64,000 nt of DNA from Amphiscolops sp. MND2022 (Eukaryota): positions 2,046,001-2,110,000 of the forward strand of contig OZ076409.1 of the NCBI GenBank assembly GCA_964187785.1, written 5' to 3'. The translations under genes were made by a program, and so were the position numbers. The notes beneath the pieces were generated by a model. That model had not been told where the DNA came from, did no database searches, and saw only the letters and a list, made by a program, of their open reading frames with translations. Of this stretch, positions 1-10,303 are shown one piece after another; position 1 is the first letter of the stretch; every line of letters starts with the position of its first letter.

Positions 1-2552
1 TCGGTGCCTATAATTCTACCAGGCACGCCGCTACAGGCTTCTCGCCCTACATGTTGACTAGAGGTGTTGAGAAAGCAATCCCCCTCACCTTTTTGTACCC
101 TGAATTTGCAGCCAAATCCTTTGATACGCATGAGGCGTATGTGGATCATGTGTTGGCTCGCCAACAAGAAATTTACGACTTGGTCCCGCGCAATACGCAC
201 CAGGCCCAGCTACGCCGAAAATTGAAATATGATCGTGCTATTCGGGCACGAGCCTACCAGCCAGGAGAGCTTGTCTGGGTTTTTTGCCGCTATGTGCCGC
301 AAAAAGGCTCCCCCAAACTGATGCGTGCCTGGCGCGGCCCGCACAAAGTGGTACAGGTCTTTCAAGAAAGACGTGTCTACGTGTTGGACACAGGCCAAAA
401 GGTTCATTTTGAGCGCCTGAAACCTCATCACAGTGGGCCCCTTGAGCTCGCCACCGCGCAAGCGGACAGCGGCGAAATAGTGGTACTCATGGACCCTGAC
501 CCTGAACGTTCTATCGATGTGGTTGACGATGATAAGTCTCAGCCTTCATATAAAACTGAACAACTACTTTCAGAAGCATCTGACGTATCCTTGCCTTCGC
601 GCAAGCACCATTGGATGGATACCCGTCTGCGCACAAAAATGCGTGCTGGAGGTTCCCGCATGCACTACCAGCAGTTCGACTACTCGACCTCGGGCACTGA
701 CGATGAGTTATCCGAAATCATGTTGCCGGTACCTCCTGATCCCGTTGATGCTGATCTTAGGGAGCCCGAAGTCCCCCAACCCCCTTCAGATCAATCAATA
801 TCACCTACCCATCATCTACCTCAACTATTCTCAGACCATGAGGGCGCGCGCTCTCCGTCACCACAAATATCTTCTCCCGAAAAACAGCCCACATTATTGG
901 GAACATCGGCTCCATTATTGACAAATCCATCACTGACGAGTTTCCTCAGTAACTATCCCATTTGGCCGGCCGCTCCTTCCCTCCCTCTGAAGTCCGCCAC
1001 CGAGGATGACGACGCTCAGTCCAATGTACCTACTCTTCCCACGACATTGCCCGGAGCGGGGACCGCTCCTTCTCTCAAAAGGGGGAGGGGGAAACCACCC
1101 AAAACGCGAAAACGGCTGGTCAGAGCGAAGGCAAGAACAAGGAAGAAGGAAATAACAACAACAATGCCATCGGAAACGACAATGCCGACCGAGTCTTCTG
1201 AAGTCCCTCGATACCAGTTGAGAAGCAGGCGGCAGCCACGCTACAAATGCGGGACCTGTGGGTTGCGAGACTGTGTCTGCTTGCTAGCCGTCAATGAGAA
1301 CCGGAGGGTTACTACTGGAGCCCGGGGAGTTCCTCCGGAGCGGGGCGAAAATCTAGTGCATCGCCTTACGGTGAGAGCTGAAAAGACTTATTCCTCCCTG
1401 GAACGATGCGGAGACTATCCCGTGGATACTATTCTGGAGAAGTCATCATCACCTGGAGTAGCAAAAGCTCCATGCCCCCGATTCAAGGAGTGGACTAGCG
1501 ACGGAAAAGGGTTAGAGTTTACCCTCGCTACGGTGATGCCCCCAGTACCCAGCAATATTGCGTTTGGACCCTTCAACTTCGAGCGGGAACCCGTGCAAAT
1601 GGTCCGATGCATCACCGCTGATCTTCTCTGTGACAAATACGGAATTCACGTGGACCCGGGCGGAGTATACAGCCCAGCACCGCACTGGTGGTTGCTGGTT
1701 ACTGCTCCACGAGTGGAGGCAATAGTGGAACCACTGCACCTGCTGTCCTGCTTGGAAGGTCTGAGGACCCTCACTACTGCGGACTTGATACTTTGCTTCC
1801 ACATTATAGACTGGTATCGTGCAAAGTGAAGTTCGCGTGGTGGTTGGAACTAATCATCACTTGTTTCACCAATTATCCTCGCATTAGATTGCTGGACGAG
1901 TGGACTCATACTTTCGAAATTCCGCTTCCCCCAAAAGCCGCTTTGAGCACCCTGGACACATGGGTCAAGGCGAGCAGTGATAATCGAGCGATGCCACGCT
2001 CGGTGTGGCAAGACCTGGCTGCAATCCAGGAGCGTACGCCCCGCGTATGCTTACCTGCCGACGATGGGCTGGGGAGAGAGATTATCTACCCGGGAATTCT
2101 GCATCCAGCCCCAACAGAGCACCTCTCATATGATGTGACTGATTTTCTACAAGTAGAAGGTGATATGATGTTAGCGTGTCCCGCTGACCTAGAGACCAAC
2201 TCAGCCGCCCTACGGTACGTGCTACGGGAGTGTGGCAAGGAGAATGTGTTTCACCATCCCCCCTGATATCAACCCAAACCCCAATCAGAGTATTCACTTA
2301 CTGATAATTAGAGCAAACCAGCGTGCGCCGCTGCTCACCGACGACTACCTACGTTGTATGACACATTTGATACAGCGTTTGATAGAGAAAGGATCCACAA
2401 GGGTCCACCTACCTATACTGGATCCAGAGCGACCCGCCCTCTCATTGGTAAACCTGTACCATACCCTAACGAATTTGCTGGAGGGCACTGGCATTCACGT
2501 GGTGCTGCATAACCGCGTGTACGTGTCCATTCTGAGCATAGGGCCGGAGTAA
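1..2552 (+). pseudogene. pol: pol C-terminus: integrase tail, low-complexity linker, Cys cluster and two macrodomain-like repeats; frameshifted
   Basis: ORFs 51-1829, 1688-2266 and 2232-2552 join into one protein via an apparent 1-nt frameshift at ~1822 and a 29-nt deletion at ~2250. The deletion is visible against the intact copies at 6047-6075 and 9313-9341. Confidence 0.75.
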
Positions 2553-2807
2553 CCTGCCCAAAACTCTTTTCTGTTGCCCCCTATTTAATTTTTCCACCCC
2601 GGTAATGGTTATGCCTGGGAGGAAGTCTTAAACTATCCCATGAAATGATTACCTTGTAACGTATCGTTAAATAACTCCTATCTTTATGTTCTAGTTAGTT
2701 AGTTGAACTACAATTTAAACTTGTTGCGGTTCCCTTGTGGAGCCGATTTTGCACCACTGTAACTGGATGATGAGCCCTAAGCTCTCCCCACAATGCACCT
2801 AGTAAGC

Positions 2808-2827
2808 CTAACGGTAATCCTTTTTAG
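2808..2827 (+). promoter_or_regulatory. Putative branch point and splice acceptor upstream of the accessory ORF (also in copies 2 and 3)
   Basis: CTAAC at 2808-2812, then cctttttAG ending at 2827, 12 nt before the ATG at 2840. Confidence 0.45.
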
Positions 2828-2839
2828 ACCTATGAAATA

Positions 2840-5742
2840 ATGGCTTATTACCCCAACAACACGGTGCCTATTCCCACGACGGGACCTCATAGCAATAGGT
2901 CTCAAGAATTGCCTGCGCGAGCGCAGAGGACTAATCAAGTCCAAAATGTAGAAGAGCGACTGAGGAACGGCCTTTCACCGTTAGCGGTAGCGGGCGTGGC
3001 CGCCCTGCTCACTCAACTAGACACGATGCAGACGCTGCCAGGTGTATCTGTGTCTCTGGTGACGGAAGTAGCTGGTTACCGTCGCACGCTAACCTGCCAA
3101 AACAATGCTTGGGATGGCCACGACTTAACGCATCAATTCCTGGATGAACGCTCTACCACGATGCTTGGGCCCAGCCAGGGCACGAGATTCGAGCAAGAAG
3201 CCTCCCTGTGAATGGTGCCTGCCAGCGTTGCAACGATGCCACCACCTCAGATGGTCGCATTGCCCCCGCCAGCACCAAAACCAGTACCAATGACGCCAAC
3301 TTATTCCGGTTCACCTGCCTTTGGGACCTCATACCGAGCGCCACACATGGTACTGCAAACCACTACTAGTGCACCAGTCTCTGATCGGGAGCCCTCGGGG
3401 TCCCGGTTGCCACCCATACTTAACCCAGAGCTGACTGGAAGGAGTACCAGCGAACATGCCGTAATTGTGGCATTACAAGCAGTGGCCAACTATCCGAACT
3501 CCTCCGATTTTGTCCGAGCCGTAGAGCAGAGAATCCCTGGACTAGCCACTTATCTGCAAGCTGCTGTTCAGCCCTCGGGCTGTGACCCTCCTGCTCCTTT
3601 AGTCGAGACAGCATCTATGGATGTAGAAATTGCTGCTGGACCAAGCAACAGCGCAAGCGCTGCTACTGGCACACGAGAAGAAACCGGGAGAAAGCGACTA
3701 ACCAAAGAAACTGCCTCAGTCACCCCAGCTGGCTCAGTAACCGAGAGCCCGACTAGTCGTCTCCCTCCCGACAAGCGCGCTGATGTACCTCGACCCCAGC
3801 TGAAAAGTGTAGTCCTCCCTAAGCCTCCGTACCGAGTGGGTCATCTAGGCCGAGGCGCGCCTCAGATGTCTCTAGCGGACGCAATCGAGCAGTATGGAGA
3901 TCCGGATGCAGGTTCGGAAGTGAGCTCTGTGTCCTCGGGCATGAATCCAATATGTCCCTGGAGATACCTGAGACGGTGGAGGAGGCCCGCCCTCCAGCCT
4001 TCCTCCCTCCATCTGATGACGTATCTGGTTCAGTAGTCACAAATGATAGCAAAAGCATTTGGATGGCCGCTGAGCATCTCTACCCCAGTCAATGCGCTAT
4101 AAAGAAAAGGGCCCCTCCCACTGAGACGGAGCAAAAGGAAATCAATCGAACCACAATACCGGCGCAGGTCACACGTTCGCTACGCCCCCGTGACGCAGAA
4201 ATGTCGGAGCAGGCTTGGGAACAGCGTGCTCGAGAGCAGCTGCCCACGACAACTAACGATTACATGGCACCCCTGCAACATAACATCACCGAGCAATTCC
4301 CCGCACGGTATGTGTTGCGAGAAGGTGAGACATGGGAAGCGAACGCCCGCTACGCCCGCAACTTGAGATCTCTGAAACCCTTATTGAAAGCAGCTTTGCA
4401 GCGCGCGCGCTACTGCATGGCAGTCGATTCTACCTGCCGGAGTGATCTGCCTATCGACAACTTGATGCCTGACGCGCTGGTACTGACTATGCCCCTGTCT
4501 CGCTTCGCTGAGATCGCTGAGATGGTTGGAGCCATATACGATCCGAACCTAAGAGGATCACAAAAGGAGCCACCCCCACAGCGCGTGATCTTTGCCAATC
4601 TTCTAGATCACATGGCTTGCGAAGGGTTGCTGCGTAATCTAGACGCCATAATGTCCGATGTCCGACGACCTGGAGACATCGCAGCCCTAGTAAATGAGGT
4701 TGTCGGTGCAATGGAACGTGCCGCAGGGATCCTTCGGGGTCGTTTGGGAGCGCTCGCGCTCTTTGTATCCCCACCAGGATTTATGTACTGGCCACGAAGT
4801 CTGCAGCAGTTCGTCTACATTCTGCTGGAGGTATGCAAGGCGCGCAGAGTTGAATTCGCTATCTGTGCACCAAACCTGCGTGTAGACCAAGAGGACCTGC
4901 GCCCAGATATCTTATCGTATCCAGCCTTCTTTGCCGCCTTATCTAGAGCGCTCGTTGCTATAGAACGCTCGGGAAATGCCCAGCTAACTATTGACGACGC
5001 TATCCTCTATGATCATGGAATGCGGATGGGCAGAATGGCCTTCGACCTTGATGGAAACCGCATCGCCCGAGAGTCAAATGTGACCGAACGAGAGGCTGTT
5101 CGTCGTTACAATTGGCTAGTGCGAAAAGACAAAGAAATCCCAGTGCGTGCAGAGTTAGCCGAGCTGACAAAACAAATCGGTGCATGGCCTGCAGCGCGCA
5201 CCGTTGAGAGGACAATCCCACAGATCCACTTCGCCTCAGGAATCGAGCCCGTGAAGCTGTCCGTAGGACTGCGGTGCATCGTGGCAATTGAAGCAACCAA
5301 TCTGAAGGCCGAGGTCGACGCCGCAGCTACCACTTACGCCTATTGGTACCAAACTAGGTTTGCCACCAGGACTCAAGCAGAAGTAGCTCAAGAGCTCAAT
5401 TGTCCATTGGAAGCCTTCTGTACCAGTCTTGGTCTGGGATGGAACCTTGAAGTGCTAACTTCCGAGTTTTCGCTGACCCCCACGCAAACGGACAAGCTAC
5501 TAGAAACCATTGGAGAGGCAACTGTCGGAGAAATACTAGCGCTCGCGCTAGCGATGGGTCCAACGAAGTTTGTAGCCGGACCACTAGCCCTACTAGTCGA
5601 CATGGTGATTGCCTGCGACCTCACCGTATTCTACAGCTACTTGGTCCTGGCACAAGGACAACTACGCAACCTGACCCGTTGGGGACAGTTAATGACTTCA
5701 AAGGACCAACCGAAATTCCGCTTCCCCCAAAAGCCGCTTTGA
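2840..5742 (+). pseudogene. Accessory ORF copy 1 (frameshifted, 3'-truncated)
   Basis: Same sequence as 9932-12807, with a 4-nt deletion at ~3950 and truncation at the 5711 junction. Confidence 0.8.
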
Positions 5743-5786
5743 GCACCCTGAACACATGGGTCAAGGCGAGCAGTGATAATCGAGCG

Positions 5787-6377
5787 ATGCCACGCTCGGT
5801 GTGGCAAGACCTGGCTGCAATCCAGGGGCGTACGCCCCGCGTATGCTTACCTGCCGACGATGGGCTGGGGAGAGAGATTATCTACCCGGGAATTCTGCAT
5901 CCAGCCCCAACAGAGCACCTCTCATATGATGTGACTGATTTTCTACAAGTAGAAGGTGATATGGTGTTAGCGTGTCCCGCTGACCTAGAGACCAACTCAG
6001 CCGCCCTACGGTACGTGCTACGGGAGTGTGGCAAGGAGAATGTGTTCTCCCTACGTCCCAAGGTGGGAGAGATTCTCACCATTCCCCCTGATATCAACCC
6101 AAACCCCAATCAGAGTATTCACTTACTGATAATTAGAGCAAACCAGCGTGCGCCGCTGCTCACCGACGACTACCTACGTTGTATGACACATTTGATACAG
6201 CGTTTGATAGAGAAAGGATCCACAAGGGTCCACCTACCTATACTGGATCCAGAGCGACCCGCCCTCTCATTGGTAAACCTGTACCATACCCTAAAGAATT
6301 TGCTGGAGGGCACTGGCATTCATGTGGTGCTGCATAACCGCGTGTACGTGTCCATTCTGAGCATAGGGCCGGATTAA
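5787..6377 (+). CDS. Duplicated pol-tail fragment with an open macrodomain-like (TARG1/Poa1p class) region
   Basis: DFLQVEGDMVLACPADL...RPKVGEILTI...IHLLIIR...YLRCMTHL...GSTRVHLPIL...LLEGTGIHVVLH follows the OARD1/TARG1 pattern. Expression is unknown. Confidence 0.5.
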   Translation: MPRSVWQDLAAIQGRTPRVCLPADDGLGREIIYPGILHPAPTEHLSYDVTDFLQVEGDMVLACPADLETNSAALRYVLRECGKENVFSLRPKVGEILTIPPDINPNPNQSIHLLIIRANQRAPLLTDDYLRCMTHLIQRLIEKGSTRVHLPILDPERPALSLVNLYHTLKNLLEGTGIHVVLHNRVYVSILSIGPD

Positions 6378-6655
6378 CCTGCCCAAAACTCTTTTCTGTT
6401 GCCCCCTATTTAATTTTTCCACCCCGGTAATGGTTATGCCTGGGAGGAAGTCTTAAACTATCCCATGAAATGATTACCTTGTAACGTATCGTTAAATAAC
6501 TCCTATCTTTAAGTTCTAGTTAGTTAGTTGAACTACAATTTAAACTTGTTGCGGTTCCCTTATGGAGCCATTTTTGCACCATTGTACTGGCCCTAAGATC
6601 TCCCCACAATGCACCTAGTAAGCCTAACGGTAATCCTTTTTAGACCTATGAAATA

Positions 6656-9009
6656 ATGGCTTATTACCCCAACAACACGGTGCCTATTCCCACGACGGGA
6701 CCTCATAGCAATAGGTCTCAAGAATTGCCTGCGCGAGCGCAGAGGACTAATCAAGTCCAATATGTAGAAGAGCGACTGAGGAACGGCCTTTCACCGTTAG
6801 CGGTAGCGGGCGTGGCCGCCCTGCTCACTCAACTAGACACGATGCAGACGCTGCCAGGTGTATCTGTGTCTCTGGTGACGGAAGTAGCTGGTTACCGTCG
6901 CACGCTAACCTGCCAAAACAATGCTTGGGATGGCCACGACTTAACGCATCAATTCCTGGATGAACGCTCTACCACGATGCTTGGGCCCAGCCAGGGCACG
7001 AGATTCGAGCAAGAAGCCTCCCTGTGAATGGTGCCTGCCAGCGTTGCAACGATGCCACCACCTCAGATGGTCGCATTGCCCCCGCCAGCACCAAAACCAG
7101 TACCAATGACGCCAACCTATTCCGGTTCACCTGCCTTTGGGACCTCATACCGAGCGCCACACATGGTACTGCAAACCACTACTAGTGCACCAGTCTCTGA
7201 TCGGGAGCCCTCGGGGTCCCGGTTGCCACCCATACTTAACCCAGAGCTGACTGGAAGGAGTACCAGCGAACATGCCGTAATTGTGGCATTACAAGCAGTG
7301 GCCAACTATCCGAACTCCTCCGATTTTGTATGGCCGCAGAGCATCTCTACCCCAGTCAATGCGCTATAAAGAAAAGGGCCCCTCCCACTGAGACGGAGCA
7401 AAAGGAAATCAATCGAACCACAATACCGGCGCAGGTCACACGTTCGCTACGCCCCCGTGACGCAGAAATGTCGGAGCAGGCTTGGGAACAGCGTGCTCGA
7501 GAGCAGCTGCCCACGACAACTAACGATTACATGGCACCCCTGCAACATAACATCACCGAGCAATTCCCCGCACGGTATGTGTTGCGAGAAGGTGAGACAT
7601 GGGAAGCGAACGCCCGCTACGCCCGCAACTTGAGATCTCTGAAACCCTTATTGAAAGCAGCTTTGCAACGCGCGCGCTACTGCATGGCAGTCGATTCAAC
7701 CTGCCGGAGTGATCTGCCTATCGACAACTTGATGCCTGACGTGCTGGTACTGACTATGCCCCTGTCTCGCTTCGCTGAGATCGCTGAGATGGTTGGAGCC
7801 ATATACGATCCGAACCTAAGAGGATCACAAAAGGAGCCACCCCCACAGCGCGTGATCTTTGCCAATCTTCTAGATCACATGGCTTGCGAAGGGTTGCTGC
7901 GTGATCTAGACGCCATAATGTCCGATGTCCGACGACCTGGAGACATCGCAGCCCTAGTAAATGAGGTTGTCGGTGCAATGGAACGTGCCGCAGGGATCCT
8001 TCGGGGTCGTTTGGGAGCGCTCGCGCTCTTTGTATCCCCACCAGGGTTTATGTACTGGCCACGAAGTCTGCAGCAGTTCGTCTACATTCTGCTGGAGGTA
8101 TGCAAGGCGCGCAGAGTTGAATTCGCTATCTGTGCACCAAACCTGCGTGTAGACCGAGAAGACCTGCGCCCAGATACCTCATCGTATCCAGCCTTCTTTG
8201 CCGCCGTATCTAGAGCGCTCGTTGCTATAGAACGCTCGGGAAATGCCCAGCTAACTATTGACGACGCTATCCTCTATGATCATGGAATGCGGATGGGCAG
8301 AATGGCCTTCGACCTTGATGGCAACCGCATCGCCCGAGAGTCAAATGTGACCGAACGAGAGGCTGTTCGTCGTTACAATTGGCTAGTGCGAAAAGACAAA
8401 GAAATCCCAGTGCGTGCAGAGTTAGCCGAGCTGACAAAACAAATCGGTGCATGGCCTGCAGCGCGCACCGTTGAGAGGACAATCCAACAGATCCACTTCG
8501 CCTCAGGAATCGAGCCCGTGAAGCTGTCCGTAGGACTGCGGTGCATCGTGGCAATTGAAGCAACCAATCTGAAGGCCGAGGTCGACGCCGCAGCTACCAC
8601 TTACGCCTATTGGTACCAAACTAGGTTTGCCACCAGGACTCAAGCAGAAGTAGCTCGAGAGCTCAATTGTCCATTGGAAGCCTTCTGTACCAGTCTTGGT
8701 CTGGGATGGAACCTTGAAGTGCTAACTTCCGAGTTTTCGCTGACCCCCACGCAAACGGACAAGCTACTAGAAACCATTGGAGAGGCAACTGTCGGAGAAA
8801 TACTAGCGCTCGCGCTAGCGATGGGTCCAACGAAGTTTGTAGCCGGACCACTAGCCCTACTAGTCGACATGGTGATTGCCTGCGACCTCACCGTATTCTA
8901 CAGCTACTTGGTCCTGGCACAAGGACAACTACGCAACCTGACCCGTTGGGGACACTTAATGACTTCAAAGGACCAACCGAAATTCCGATTCCCCCAAAAG
9001 CCGCTTTGA
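6656..9009 (+). pseudogene. Accessory ORF copy 2 (553-bp internal deletion, 3'-truncated)
   Basis: Junction gattttgt/atggccgc at ~7329 removes the equivalent of 10606-11158. Confidence 0.8.
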
Positions 9010-9053
9010 GCACCCTGGACACATGGGTCAAGGCGAGCAGTGATAATCGAGCG

Positions 9054-9644
9054 ATGCCACGCTCGGTGTGGCAAGACCTGGCTGCAATCCAGGGGCGTAC
9101 GCCCCGCGTATGCTTACCTGCCGACGATGGGCTGGGGAGAGAGATTATCTACCCGGGAATTCTGCATCCAGCCCCAACAGAGCACCTCTCATATGATGTG
9201 ACTGATTTTCTACAAGTAGAAGGTGATATGGTGTTAGCGTGTCCCGCTGACCTAGAGACCAACTCAGACGCCCTACGGTACGTGCTACGGGAGTGTGGCA
9301 AGGAGAATGTGTTCTCCCTACGTCCCAAGGTGGGAGAGATTCTCACCATTCCCCCTGATATCAACCCAAACCCCAATCAGAGTATTCACTTACTGATAAT
9401 TAGAGCAAACCAGCGTGCGCCGCTGCTCACCGACGACTACCTACGTTGTATGACACATTTGATACAGCGTTTGATAGAGAAAGGATCCACAAGGGTCCAC
9501 CTACCTATACTGGATCCAGAGCGACCCGCCCTCTCATTGGTAAACCTGTACCATACCCTAACGAATTTGCTGGAGGGCACTGGCATTCACGTGGTGCTGC
9601 ATAACCGCGTGTACGTGTCCATTCTGAGCATAGGGCCGGAGTAA
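9054..9644 (+). CDS. Third copy of the macrodomain-like pol-tail fragment
   Basis: Near-identical to 5787-6377, with an open frame. Confidence 0.5.
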   Translation: MPRSVWQDLAAIQGRTPRVCLPADDGLGREIIYPGILHPAPTEHLSYDVTDFLQVEGDMVLACPADLETNSDALRYVLRECGKENVFSLRPKVGEILTIPPDINPNPNQSIHLLIIRANQRAPLLTDDYLRCMTHLIQRLIEKGSTRVHLPILDPERPALSLVNLYHTLTNLLEGTGIHVVLHNRVYVSILSIGPE

Positions 9645-9931
9645 CCTGCCCAAAACTCTTTTCTGTTGCCCCTTATTTAATTTTTCCACCCCGGTAATGG
9701 TTATGCCTGGGAGGAAGTCTTAAACTATCCCATGAAATGATTACCTTGTAACGTATCGTTAAATAACTCCTATCTTTATGTTCTAGTTAGTTAGTTGAAC
9801 TACAATTTAAACTTGTTGCGGTTCCCTTATGGAGCCATGTTTGCACCATTGTAACTGGATGATGAGCCCTAAGCTCTCCCCACAATGCACCTAGTAAGCC
9901 TAACGGTAATCCTTTTTAGACCTATGAAATA

Positions 9932-10303
9932 ATGGTTTATTACCCCAACAACACGGTGCCTATTCCCACGACGGGACCTCATAGCAATAGGTCTCAAGAA
10001 TTGCCTGCGCGAGCGCAGAGGACTAATCAAGTCCAAAATGTAGAAGAGCGACTGAGGAACGGCCTTTCACCGTTAGCGGTAGCGGGCGTGGCCGCCCTGC
10101 TCACTCAACTAGACACGATGCAGACGCTGCCAGGTGTATCTGTGTCTCTGGTGACGGAAGTAGCTGGTTACCGTCGCACGCTAACCTGCCAAAACAATGC
10201 TTGGGATGGCCACGACTTAACGCATCAATTCCTGGATGAACGCTCTACCACGATGCTTGGGCCCAGCCAGGGCACGAGATTCGAGCAAGAAGCCTCCCTG
10301 TGA
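9932..10303 (+). CDS. 123-aa upstream part of the accessory ORF, separated from the 970-aa ORF only by an in-frame TGA
   Basis: ORF ends ...CTG TGA ATG GTG in all three copies. Confidence 0.5.
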   Translation: MVYYPNNTVPIPTTGPHSNRSQELPARAQRTNQVQNVEERLRNGLSPLAVAGVAALLTQLDTMQTLPGVSVSLVTEVAGYRRTLTCQNNAWDGHDLTHQFLDERSTTMLGPSQGTRFEQEASL

